64,000 nucleotides of DNA from Candidatus Saccharimonadia bacterium (lineage in GTDB: Bacteria > Patescibacteriota > Saccharimonadia > Saccharimonadales > 2-12-FULL-41-12). Below the pieces are notes generated by a model, which was not told the origin of the DNA, made no database searches, and saw nothing but the letters and a program-made list of their open reading frames with translations. Each line of letters begins with the position of its first letter. Positions within the stretch are counted from its first letter, which is position 1. Positions 20,203 to 28,905 of this stretch are shown here, piece by piece. The stretch spans positions 75,599 to 139,598 of the forward strand of contig OY970327.1 of the NCBI GenBank assembly GCA_963717365.1. Reading direction: 5' to 3'. The position numbers and the translations under genes were made by a program.

Positions 20203-21528
20203 GTGAAATCCTTAGTAAACCCAAAAAGAGTCAACGCTCTTATTTTGGCGGCAGTTTTGCTTGTTGCCAGCTTATTACCGGTACTAATGCCGTTAGATAA
20301 AGCCTACGCGGAACAAATAACAGAGCGTAAAATTACCATGAGCAGCTCTAAACTTGGCCAAACAGCAGTCACGTATGCCGCTAGTTTTAAAGCCACCCAA
20401 GCCACTATTATTAGGGGTATGACCGTTGAAATCTGTCAGAACAGCCCATTGATAGGCGATACCTGTACTACTACTAACGGTGTTACGGCCACACCTACAG
20501 CGGGCACGCTAACTTTTACAAACTCCGGCGGTTCAGGAGATCTTACATTTGATGCCCATGCCAGCTCAACGTCGGTCGGTCGGTATGTGTTAACAGATTC
20601 AGACGGTGCCACCGGCGGCGATGGTTTCACCCCAAGTATTGCCAATGCTATCACCTTCTCATTTACGGCTACTAACCCGACCGTAACAGCCGGCACCTTC
20701 TACGCCCGTATACTAACCTACGGCGTAGCTGCTAACGCATCAGGTTCAACAACCACTGCCCCCGGCACCTACCTAGACTACGGCGGTATAGCCCTCAGTA
20801 CTACTAACTCCCTAACCGTTAGCGCGGTTGTCCAGGAAGTCCTGCAGTTCTGCGTCGGTGGTACTACTAACAATGATGCTACTACCAGCATCGCTGCCAC
20901 CTGCGCCGCCTCCTTCACCGGATCCGGCACCTGTGGCAACACGGTGAACTTAGGTGTATTGGATAGTGGTGCGATTAACATATCTCCGGTTTCGGCGTCG
21001 GCTCCAACCAATGGCAACGCCTGCAATGGCGCCGCCATGGTACGCACCAACGCTGCCAACGGTGTTAACATCGCTTACTACGCTGAGCAAGATGCAGGTA
21101 CAAATAAAAAAGGTGCCCTGCGTGTACCCGGCATAGCATGTTCAGTGGGTGCCGATAATACCGACCGCTGTATTGAAAGTGCCGGGGTGACACAGTCTGT
21201 GTTTACAGCGGGTACTGAGGAATTTGGCATGACCATCGCCAGCATCAACTGTGGCAGCACCAGCGCTTATTCCTGCTCTTTTGCCAGCAGTACTAACAAA
21301 GTATCCCGTAATGCCCAGTACGACGGCAGCTCAGCTACCGTACACGGCTCCAGCGCCGGTACCGGCTACGCCTGGGATGAAAGTGGTACTCCAACTAGTA
21401 TCGCCAGCTCAGCCGGCGTTGTCGACGACGAAGCTTTGATCATGCACTTTGCCGCTACCCCGAACGTAACCACTCCAACAGGTTCGTATACGGTTAAGGC
21501 GAATCTGATCGCTACGTCATCGTTTTAA
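20203..21528 (+). CDS. Secreted two-domain surface protein, tandem paralog 1 of 3
   Basis: GTG start 7 nt after a GAGGAG Shine-Dalgarno sequence. Signal peptide ends in KAYA/EQ. There is no LPXTG motif and no C-terminal TM. It shares 100% identical DNA blocks with paralog 2. Confidence 0.85.
   Translation: MKSLVNPKRVNALILAAVLLVASLLPVLMPLDKAYAEQITERKITMSSSKLGQTAVTYAASFKATQATIIRGMTVEICQNSPLIGDTCTTTNGVTATPTAGTLTFTNSGGSGDLTFDAHASSTSVGRYVLTDSDGATGGDGFTPSIANAITFSFTATNPTVTAGTFYARILTYGVAANASGSTTTAPGTYLDYGGIALSTTNSLTVSAVVQEVLQFCVGGTTNNDATTSIAATCAASFTGSGTCGNTVNLGVLDSGAINISPVSASAPTNGNACNGAAMVRTNAANGVNIAYYAEQDAGTNKKGALRVPGIACSVGADNTDRCIESAGVTQSVFTAGTEEFGMTIASINCGSTSAYSCSFASSTNKVSRNAQYDGSSATVHGSSAGTGYAWDESGTPTSIASSAGVVDDEALIMHFAATPNVTTPTGSYTVKANLIATSSF
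20759..20996 (+). repeat. 238-bp block 100% identical between paralogs 1 and 2
   Basis: 20759..20996 equals 22216..22453 base for base by hand comparison. The first ~120 bp are also near-identical (1 mismatch) at 23728 onward in paralog 3. Confidence 0.9.
21225..21479 (+). repeat. 255-bp block 100% identical between paralogs 1 and 2
   Basis: 21225..21479 equals 22682..22936, with the same 1457-nt offset as the first block. About 160 bp of it recur in paralog 3 (24329 onward) with one mismatch. Confidence 0.9.
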
Positions 21529-21560
21529 GTAGAGGTAAAATTAAACCAAAAATAACTTAC

Positions 21561-21589
21561 TTGTATACGTAAACCGCATATGCTATAAA
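21561..21589 (+). promoter_or_regulatory. Candidate promoter of surface-protein paralog 2
   Basis: TTGTAT, 17 nt spacer, TATAAA. The spacer ends in ...CGCATATGC, as in the paralog 3 promoter. Confidence 0.4.
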
Positions 21590-21662
21590 CAAGTATATAA
21601 AGTGTATTTTTAGAAAAAAACAAGGCACAGTGTTTTAAAAAATAAATGGGAGAAGTATCAAA

Positions 21663-22985
21663 ATGAAAACTTTATTAAATCAGAAAAGAGTCAATGCTCT
21701 TTTCTCGGCAGCAATATTGCTTGCTGCTAGTATATTGCCAGTACTAATACCGCTAGATAAAGCCTACGCGGAACAAATAACCGAGCGTAAAATTACCATG
21801 AGCAGCTCTAAGCTAGCCCAAACAAGTGTTACCTATGCTACTAGCTTTAAGGTTACCCAGGCTACCGTTATTAGAGGTATGGTCATAGATTTTTGTCAAA
21901 ACAGCCCACTGATAGGCGACACCTGTACTACTACTAACGGCGTTGCTGCCGTTCCAACAACCGGTACGGTAACATTTACTAACACTGGTGGTTCAGGCGA
22001 TCTTACCTTTGAAGCAACCGGTGCCGGCGGCAACTTATTGAGACTTCATGACGCTGATGGTGCCACTGGCGGCGATGGTTTCACGCCAAACTTTGCCAAC
22101 GCCATTACCTTTTCATTTACGGCTACTAACCCGACTACAACGGCCGGTACTTTTTATGCGCGTGTTCTTACCTTCAGCACCGCAGTAGCAGCAGCTTCTA
22201 CTTATGTTTCTGCCACCCCCGGCACCTACCTAGACTACGGCGGTATAGCCCTCAGTACTACTAACTCCCTAACCGTTAGCGCGGTTGTCCAGGAAGTCCT
22301 GCAGTTCTGCGTCGGTGGTACTACTAACAATGATGCTACTACCAGCATCGCTGCCACCTGCGCCGCCTCCTTCACCGGATCCGGCACCTGTGGCAACACG
22401 GTGAACTTAGGTGTATTGGATAGTGGTGCGATTAACATATCTCCGGTTTCGGCAGCCTCGCCAACCAACGGTAACGCCTGTAATGGCGCTGCGATGGTGA
22501 GAACTAATGCCTCTGGAGGTGTCAATATTGCTTACTACGCCGAACAAGATTCCGGTACCAACAAGAAGGGTGCCTTACGTGTACCTGGTGCCGCTTGTAG
22601 TGTCGGTGCCGATAACACAGATCGCTGTATAGACAGCACGAGTACTAGCCAGACCGCCTTTAGTGCTGGAACTGAAGCATATGGCATGACCATCGCCAGC
22701 ATCAACTGTGGCAGCACCAGCGCTTATTCCTGCTCTTTTGCCAGCAGTACTAACAAAGTATCCCGTAATGCCCAGTACGACGGCAGCTCAGCTACCGTAC
22801 ACGGCTCCAGCGCCGGTACCGGCTACGCCTGGGATGAAAGTGGTACTCCAACTAGTATCGCCAGCTCAGCCGGCGTTGTCGACGACGAAGCTTTGATCAT
22901 GCACTTTGCCGCTACCCCGAACGTAACCACTCCAACTGGTTCGTACACGGTTAAGGCGAATCTGATCGCTACGTCAACCTTCTAA
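21663..22985 (+). CDS. Secreted two-domain surface protein, tandem paralog 2 of 3
   Basis: Same architecture as 20203..21528, with its own promoter-like sequence and a downstream hairpin. Confidence 0.85.
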   Translation: MKTLLNQKRVNALFSAAILLAASILPVLIPLDKAYAEQITERKITMSSSKLAQTSVTYATSFKVTQATVIRGMVIDFCQNSPLIGDTCTTTNGVAAVPTTGTVTFTNTGGSGDLTFEATGAGGNLLRLHDADGATGGDGFTPNFANAITFSFTATNPTTTAGTFYARVLTFSTAVAAASTYVSATPGTYLDYGGIALSTTNSLTVSAVVQEVLQFCVGGTTNNDATTSIAATCAASFTGSGTCGNTVNLGVLDSGAINISPVSAASPTNGNACNGAAMVRTNASGGVNIAYYAEQDSGTNKKGALRVPGAACSVGADNTDRCIDSTSTSQTAFSAGTEAYGMTIASINCGSTSAYSCSFASSTNKVSRNAQYDGSSATVHGSSAGTGYAWDESGTPTSIASSAGVVDDEALIMHFAATPNVTTPTGSYTVKANLIATSTF

Positions 22986-23003
22986 ATATAATAGTCAACC
23001 TAC

Positions 23004-23050
23004 AAAAGACACGCTTATAAATCAACCGTAAGGGAGTAAGCGTGTCTTTT
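23004..23050 (+). terminator. Hairpin/terminator after paralog 2
   Basis: AAAAGACACGCTTA pairs with TAAGCGTGTCTTTT (14-bp stem, 19-nt loop) and is followed by ATT. Confidence 0.5.
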
Positions 23051-23077
23051 ATTACCTCACTATTGTATAAAAAATAC

Positions 23078-23106
23078 TTGCATCTAGAAAACGCCTATGC
23101 TATAAA
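23078..23106 (+). promoter_or_regulatory. Candidate promoter of surface-protein paralog 3
   Basis: TTGCAT, 17 nt spacer, TATAAA. Shares AAACGCCTATGCTATAAAC with the paralog 2 upstream region. Confidence 0.4.
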
Positions 23107-23159
23107 CAGGAGTGTCTCTACAAAAAACAAAAACAAAAAAGTAAAAAGGATAATAACAA

Positions 23160-24497
23160 ATGAAATATTTTGTCGATCAAAAAAGGGCGACCGCTCTTTT
23201 TCTCGCGGCAGGCTTACTTGTAGCCAGTGTGCTTCCAATGCTGGCTTCAGTAAATAAAGCCTACGCGGAACAAATAACCGAGCGTAAAATTACGCTCAGC
23301 AGTTCTAAGCTTAGCCAAGCTAACGTAACATACGCTTCAAGCTTTAAAGCAACCCAGGCCACTGTTATTCGAGGTCTTGTCATTGACTTTTGTCAGAACA
23401 GCCCGCTTATTGGCGATGCCTGTACAAATACTAACGGTGTTGCTGCCGTTCCAACAACCGGTACGGTAACATTTACCAACACTGGTGGTACTGGTGACCT
23501 TACCTTTGAAGCAAGTGGTGCCGGTGGTAACACACTTAGGCTATCAGACGCTGATGGCGTTACTGGTGGCGATGGATTTACGCCAGACTTTACTAACGCT
23601 ATCACCTTCTCATTTACAGCCACTAACCCAACCGGTACTTCTGCCTCTCCTGGCACTCCTGGTACGTTTTATGGACGTGTCCTTACCTATGCTTTAGCAG
23701 CAACCGCTACCGGTTACGCTTCTGCCACCCCCGGCACCTACCTAGACTACGGCGGTATAGCCCTCAGCACTACTAACTCCCTAACCGTTAGCGCGGTTGT
23801 CCAGGAAGTCCTGCAGTTCTGCGTCGGTGGTACTACTAACAATGATGATACTACCAGTATCGCAAATGACTGCGCTTCATCCTTCACCGGATCCGGCACC
23901 TGCGGCAACACGGTTAACTTAGGTGTCTTGGATAGTGGTTCGGTCAGTACCTCCCCTGTTGCAACTGGTGCTCCTGTTAACGGTAACGCCTGCAATGGCG
24001 CCGCCATGGTACGCACCAACGCTGCCAACGGTGTTAACATCGCTTACTACGCTGAACAAGATGCTGGCACTAATAAGCTAGGTGCCTTACGTGTACCTGG
24101 TGCTACCTGTGACGTAGGTGCTTCAAACACTGACCGCTGTATTGACAGTGCTGGTGTTACCCAGTCTCCTTTCACGGCAGGTGTTGAAGAGTACGGTATG
24201 AGTATTGCCGGCATCAACTGCGGTAGTACAAGCGCTTACACTTGTTCGTTTGCTGCTAGCAGCAACAAAGTATCTCGTAATGCTCAATACGACGGTAACT
24301 CTGCCACAGTCTTTGGCTCTGATGGCGCTACCGGCTACGCCTGGGATGAAAGTGGTACTCCAACTAGTATCGCCAGCTCAACCGGCGTTGTCGACGACGA
24401 AGCTTTGATCATGCACTTTGCCGCTACCCCGAACGTAACCACTCCAACAGGTTCGTATACGGTTAAGGCGAATCTGATCGCTACGTCAACCTTCTAG
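23160..24497 (+). CDS. Secreted two-domain surface protein, tandem paralog 3 of 3
   Basis: Same architecture, more diverged in the middle. A strong terminator hairpin follows it. Confidence 0.85.
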   Translation: MKYFVDQKRATALFLAAGLLVASVLPMLASVNKAYAEQITERKITLSSSKLSQANVTYASSFKATQATVIRGLVIDFCQNSPLIGDACTNTNGVAAVPTTGTVTFTNTGGTGDLTFEASGAGGNTLRLSDADGVTGGDGFTPDFTNAITFSFTATNPTGTSASPGTPGTFYGRVLTYALAATATGYASATPGTYLDYGGIALSTTNSLTVSAVVQEVLQFCVGGTTNNDDTTSIANDCASSFTGSGTCGNTVNLGVLDSGSVSTSPVATGAPVNGNACNGAAMVRTNAANGVNIAYYAEQDAGTNKLGALRVPGATCDVGASNTDRCIDSAGVTQSPFTAGVEEYGMSIAGINCGSTSAYTCSFAASSNKVSRNAQYDGNSATVFGSDGATGYAWDESGTPTSIASSTGVVDDEALIMHFAATPNVTTPTGSYTVKANLIATSTF

Positions 24498-24528
24498 TAG
24501 AGATAGACAGATAGATCCTATGGATTAT

Positions 24529-24566
24529 ATTCCGGTGACTTGGAAGCAGTCACCGGAATTTTTATT
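24529..24566 (+). terminator. Rho-independent terminator after paralog 3
   Basis: ATTCCGGTGACT-TGGAAGC-AGTCACCGGAAT followed by TTTTTATT. Confidence 0.85.
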
Positions 24567-24610
24567 ATCTTTAGAGATGTTCGTATACAATATACATTAG
24601 CGAATTAGCC

Positions 24611-25657
24611 ATGCGTATTCTAAAATCAAACACCATTCTAATACCAATAACCTTATTCTATGCGGGTTGTTTAATCGCTGCTAGCCTGAGCAGTAGGGTA
24701 TATGCCAATGAGTTATCCATGCGACGGGTAATAATAGGTAACCCTAAAGCATCTGCCGTGACAACGCATAAATTTGATTTTAATATTAATACCATATCTA
24801 GTGTAGGTTCAATTAGCTTTGAATATTGTAGCAACAGCCCAGTACCTGGGGTGATATGCACAGCTCCAACCGGATTGGATCTATCAAGTGCAACTTTGGG
24901 AGCTCAGAGCGGGGAAACAGGTTTCATTATAGATCCAGCACTAACGCCCAATAAACTCATCCTTAGCCGCGTGCCGGTCAATACAAGCGTGGTATCGGCA
25001 AGCTACACCTTTAACAGTGTGGTTAACACTTCAACTGAATCTACAACCTATGTACGTATTACAACCTATACCACAGCTGATGGAACAGGCTTGTCTACAG
25101 ATTTTGGAGGAGTAGCCTTTAGTACCAACAGCACCTTCGGAGCCGAGGCATACGTGCCGCCATACTTACGGTTTTGCACTGGGGTCAATGTAAGTTTAGA
25201 CTGCGATACCTCAACAGGAGTTTTAGCAAATATGGGCGAACTGGCATCAAATAGAACAGCTTTTGCTACCAGTCAGTTCGCGGCGTTTACTAATGACGGA
25301 TCTGGCTACGCCGTTGCTTTGATAGGGACTACTATGACCTCCGGCAATAATGTCATACCGGCCATACCCGTGCCTGATACAAGCGAACGGGGTATTAGTC
25401 AATTCGGTATGAATTTACGTGCCAATACCAATCCAAGCTCAGGACTTGATCCTATTGGGGTCGGCACTGGCACTACCCAGGCTGGCTATAATACCCCAGA
25501 TTATTTTAAATTTGTAAACGGTGACACGATAGTAATTTCAACCCTACCCACTGAATCAAATGTATTTACAGCCAGCTATATAGCAAACGTTTCATCTGCT
25601 CAGGCCCCAGGAATTTACAGTACAACCATTACTTATATTTGCACGGCACAATTTTAG
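24611..25657 (+). CDS. Secreted surface protein, distant member of the same family (348 aa)
   Basis: Signal peptide (...RVYA/NE). The N-terminal module (LSMRRVIIG...FEYCSNSPVPGVICTAP) parallels ITERKITMS...CQNSPLIGDTCTT of the paralogs. The C-terminal strand is APGIYSTTITYICTAQF. Confidence 0.75.
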   Translation: MRILKSNTILIPITLFYAGCLIAASLSSRVYANELSMRRVIIGNPKASAVTTHKFDFNINTISSVGSISFEYCSNSPVPGVICTAPTGLDLSSATLGAQSGETGFIIDPALTPNKLILSRVPVNTSVVSASYTFNSVVNTSTESTTYVRITTYTTADGTGLSTDFGGVAFSTNSTFGAEAYVPPYLRFCTGVNVSLDCDTSTGVLANMGELASNRTAFATSQFAAFTNDGSGYAVALIGTTMTSGNNVIPAIPVPDTSERGISQFGMNLRANTNPSSGLDPIGVGTGTTQAGYNTPDYFKFVNGDTIVISTLPTESNVFTASYIANVSSAQAPGIYSTTITYICTAQF

Positions 25658-25726
25658 TGTTTGCTATTTGCTTACGCTTTGCTAGAATATGGGAAACGTG
25701 AAAAGAGAAAATGAAAGGAAAATGTA

Positions 25727-26728
25727 ATGGGAAAGTTTAAGATTAAGGGCAGTCTATTGTCCTTAGGTGTCGCTATGTTTGTTGGAGGCCTGTTTATCTT
25801 GCCAGTTTTTGCACAAGAACAAACAGATAATGCAAGAGGAAGTGGTCTTCAAATCTCACCCACTCGATTTGAGTTGGTAGGCCAGGCCGGCACTACCCAG
25901 GATGTGGTCATTGACCTAAAAAACGTGTCTGGAACGAATGTTATAGCTAAGTCAGTCATTAATGATTTTACGGCTGATGATACGACCGGAGCACCAAAAA
26001 TAAGCACCAACACTACTGAATCTCCTGCTAGCATTAATAAATTTGTTAAAGGTTTAAGTGATGTTCCGCTAGCTAAAGATGAGACAAAGAAAGTTAAGCT
26101 GTCACTTGAAATTCCAGAAGGCGCTGTCCCCGGAGCATATTACGGCGTAATACGCTACCAGGCAGTTCCTGAAGCGCCAGCCGCTCAGCCACAAGAAGTC
26201 TCACTTACTGCAAGCGTAGGAACTATTCTACTCGTAGAAGTACCTGGTGATATTACAGAAGGTATGCAAGTGCAAGACGTTAAGTTAAGTGGTGGAAAGA
26301 AATTCCTCGGGATTTATTACCAAAAACCATCTGAAGTCTCGTTCAATCTAAAAAATACCGGTAAAAGTTTTCTAAAGCCATTTGGAGTAATTACTGTTAA
26401 GAAAGGCACCAAAGAGCTGTCTTCATACGAGATTAACAACACCGATCCAAAGGGAAACATACTTCCTGACTCAAACCGAATATTTAAAGATGAAGTAAAG
26501 AATGTTGGATCATTTGGTAAACATTCAATCGTCGGTAATATTGGTTACGGTAAGAGCGGCAGCATAGCCAGCGCAGCCAAATCCTTTTGGGTTATTCCGC
26601 TATGGCTCCTCATACTTGTCATAGTTACCATACTGGCAATTGTAGCAGTGATTGTCACAGTCGTTATTCGAAAGAAGAAAAAACGCCAACACAAAAAACC
26701 TCGCCCTACAAAAACAACTAGTAAATAA
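25727..26728 (+). CDS. DUF916/DUF3324-like cell-surface protein with C-terminal membrane anchor
   Basis: Signal peptide, then two beta-rich modules (LQISPTRFELVGQAGTTQDVVIDLKNVSG...; FNLKNTGKSFLKPFGVITVKK...ILPDSNRIF), a C-terminal TM (VIPLWLLILVIVTILAIVAVIVTVVI) and a KKKKRQHKK tail. The family assignment rests on pattern recognition only. Confidence 0.6.
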   Translation: MGKFKIKGSLLSLGVAMFVGGLFILPVFAQEQTDNARGSGLQISPTRFELVGQAGTTQDVVIDLKNVSGTNVIAKSVINDFTADDTTGAPKISTNTTESPASINKFVKGLSDVPLAKDETKKVKLSLEIPEGAVPGAYYGVIRYQAVPEAPAAQPQEVSLTASVGTILLVEVPGDITEGMQVQDVKLSGGKKFLGIYYQKPSEVSFNLKNTGKSFLKPFGVITVKKGTKELSSYEINNTDPKGNILPDSNRIFKDEVKNVGSFGKHSIVGNIGYGKSGSIASAAKSFWVIPLWLLILVIVTILAIVAVIVTVVIRKKKKRQHKKPRPTKTTSK

Positions 26729-26790
26729 AGTAAGTTAATTCTCATGATACCCATACTGCTTATGGTAGTATGGGTATCAGAGTAGCTGCT

Positions 26791-27705
26791 ATGCAATATT
26801 ATTTAAAACGAACACTGATAACAATATTTTTTATTGTTATGACAACATTATTACTAGTGTTAGTTAACCAAACTGCTTTCGCAGCAGAAGAAAGCGGCTC
26901 GGTAGGGCTGGAAGGGCGAATTAATTCCGCACCACCAACTAACGGGGCAACAATATCTTTCCCGCGGGATGGAGCCACGATTACCGAACTTCCAACCAAT
27001 GTAAGCGGTATTTGTCCGAGTGGACTGCTTGTGAAGATATTTAAAAATAACGTCTTTGCAGGTTCGGTGCAATGTGTAAATGGTAGTTTTTCTATCCCTA
27101 TTGACTTATTTAGTGGGCGGAATGAGCTTGTGGCTAGGGTGTATGACGACCTGGATCAACCTGGCCCAGATTCAAATATTGTAGTAGTAACACTTCCATT
27201 TAGCGGAACGACAATTCCAAATCGCATATCTCTTACTAGTGCTTTTGCAAAGCGTGGTGCCAACCCTGGTCAGACACTAAGCTGGCCAATCACGTTAACG
27301 GGCGGCACTGGTCCTTATGCAATTACGGTTGACTGGGGAGACGGAAAAACGGCCGACATTATTAGCCAAGCTTTCCCGGGTAATTTTAATATTACGCACA
27401 TTTATGACTCCCCAGGTGTTTACATTGTTATTATCAGGGCAACCGACAAAAATGGTAACATCGCATTTCTACAGTTAGTAGGCGTTGCCAACGGCCCAGT
27501 TGGTCAAAGTAGCGGCGACGGTGCAGGCTCAGGAGCAGACGGCCAAGGTGGCAGTGATGGTGGCTCTGGGACAACTAAAACTAAAATCTTATGGCAGCCA
27601 GCCGCCTTTGCTATTCCTTTTATTATTACTTCATTCTGGCTAGGTAAAAAGTATCAACTACATGTGCTTCGTAAGCGGCTTGAACAGCGTGAAGAAGTCG
27701 GCTAA
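26791..27705 (+). CDS. PKD-domain surface protein with C-terminal membrane anchor
   Basis: PKD signature (YAITVDWGDGKTADI...THIYDSPGVYIVIIRATDKNGN), a Gly/Ser/Asp linker, and a C-terminal TM (AAFAIPFIITSFWLG). The ORF-track start at 26770 lies inside an upstream hairpin. The ATG at 26791 (MQYYLKRT...) is preferred. Confidence 0.7.
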   Translation: MQYYLKRTLITIFFIVMTTLLLVLVNQTAFAAEESGSVGLEGRINSAPPTNGATISFPRDGATITELPTNVSGICPSGLLVKIFKNNVFAGSVQCVNGSFSIPIDLFSGRNELVARVYDDLDQPGPDSNIVVVTLPFSGTTIPNRISLTSAFAKRGANPGQTLSWPITLTGGTGPYAITVDWGDGKTADIISQAFPGNFNITHIYDSPGVYIVIIRATDKNGNIAFLQLVGVANGPVGQSSGDGAGSGADGQGGSDGGSGTTKTKILWQPAAFAIPFIITSFWLGKKYQLHVLRKRLEQREEVG

Positions 27706-27743
27706 GAATTAGAATTATTTTGATCTGATACAATAGCAAGTCT

Positions 27744-28796
27744 ATGGATGCTACTAAGGTTTTTGTTGGAATGAGTGGTGGCGTTGACAGCTCACTGGCA
27801 GCCGCCTTGCTAAAAGAGCAGGGCTATAAAGTTGTGGGGGTATACATGAAAAACTGGACACAAGATATTCCAGGTTTTATTTGCCCGTGGAAAGAAGACT
27901 TTCAGGACGCCAAGCGTGTCGCTGTACGTTTAGGAATAGATTTGTTGGTCTTTGATTTTGAAAAGCAATATCGTCAAAGTGTAGTTGACTATATGATTGA
28001 CGAATATAAATCCGGACGGACGCCAAACCCAGATATTATGTGCAATCAGGAAATTAAGTTTAAACTATTTCTTGATACGGCATTGAAAGAAGGGGCTGAT
28101 ATGATTGCCACAGGTCACTATGCCCAGGTATCGGAGAACGTATTACGTGTTGCTGCCAATCGAGTGAAAGATCAGACTTATTTCCTTTATAGGGTAAGCA
28201 CACAGGCATTAAGTCACACTTTGTTTCCGATTGGCAACTTCACTACAAAAGACGAGGTCCGAGCCCGAGCCAGCGAGTTTAATTTACCTACAGCAGGTAA
28301 AAAAGACAGTCAAGGAATTTGTTTTGTTGGCAAAGTGGGCATTAAGGATTTTCTTAAGCAATATGTAGCCACAGAGCCCGGGCCTATTATTGATAAGAAT
28401 GGTCAAACTATTGGTGAACATGAAGGTGCTATTTTTTACACTATTGGTCAACGACATGGTCTAGATGTTGGCGGGGGGTTGCCATACTACATAACTCACA
28501 AAGATATGAAAGCCAATAGTGTTTATGTAACAACTGATTTACAAGACGATTCATTATGGGCAAAGGAAATAGTTATTCGTGACACTCATTGGATTAATGA
28601 TGAACCGAATGATAAAAAGTACCGAGTGCGGCTACGTTACCGCGGTCCGTTGATTGAATGTGATGTGCAATTCAATGGTGACATGACAACCATTATGTTG
28701 ACCCAGGAGCAACGGGCGATAGCCGCCGGACAATCGGCTGTGCTTTATAACGGCGATGTAGTGCTTGGCGGCGGAATTATTTCAACCGCTAGCTAA
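27744..28796 (+). CDS. mnmA: tRNA 2-thiouridine(34) synthase
   Basis: PP-loop VGMSGGVDSS, NPDIMCN, GHYA, and KDSQGICF. Confidence 0.9.
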   Translation: MDATKVFVGMSGGVDSSLAAALLKEQGYKVVGVYMKNWTQDIPGFICPWKEDFQDAKRVAVRLGIDLLVFDFEKQYRQSVVDYMIDEYKSGRTPNPDIMCNQEIKFKLFLDTALKEGADMIATGHYAQVSENVLRVAANRVKDQTYFLYRVSTQALSHTLFPIGNFTTKDEVRARASEFNLPTAGKKDSQGICFVGKVGIKDFLKQYVATEPGPIIDKNGQTIGEHEGAIFYTIGQRHGLDVGGGLPYYITHKDMKANSVYVTTDLQDDSLWAKEIVIRDTHWINDEPNDKKYRVRLRYRGPLIECDVQFNGDMTTIMLTQEQRAIAAGQSAVLYNGDVVLGGGIISTAS

Positions 28797-28905
28797 ACTC
28801 CAGTCAGTTTATAATTGTGTAGTTGCTTAATAAAGCCGTATAGTATTAGTCATTATGATGCATTGGCTACCGTTGAGTTTTCTTGAAACGATTGTGGGCT
28901 AGTCC

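Noticed and set aside
23042-23257. 71-aa plus-strand ORF spanning the paralog-3 promoter and start
   Set aside because: It begins with GTG inside the terminator hairpin of paralog 2, crosses the promoter-like sequence and overlaps the real start at 23160 out of frame.
20436-24408. Many 60-100-aa ORFs inside the three paralog genes, antisense or in alternative sense frames. Examples are 20436..20696, 20778..21071, 22235..22525, 23393..23656 and 23747..24040.
   Set aside because: They overlap strongly supported sense-strand genes that have signal peptides and conserved domain structure. They recur only because the underlying DNA is duplicated. Their Pro/Val/Ala-rich translations are typical of off-frame and antisense reads of Thr/Gly/Ala-rich coding sequence.
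20203-24497. A diversity-generating retroelement (template/variable repeat pair) as the source of paralog variation
   Set aside because: No reverse-transcriptase ORF is in the window. The differences between copies are not restricted to adenine positions and include many synonymous changes. The repeats are whole coding blocks rather than a short TR/VR pair.
20759-24497. A CRISPR array or other non-coding tandem repeat suggested by the long identical DNA blocks
   Set aside because: The repeats are 238-255 bp, lie in frame inside paralogous genes and are spaced by a whole gene length (1457 nt). There are no short regular repeat-spacer units anywhere in the window.
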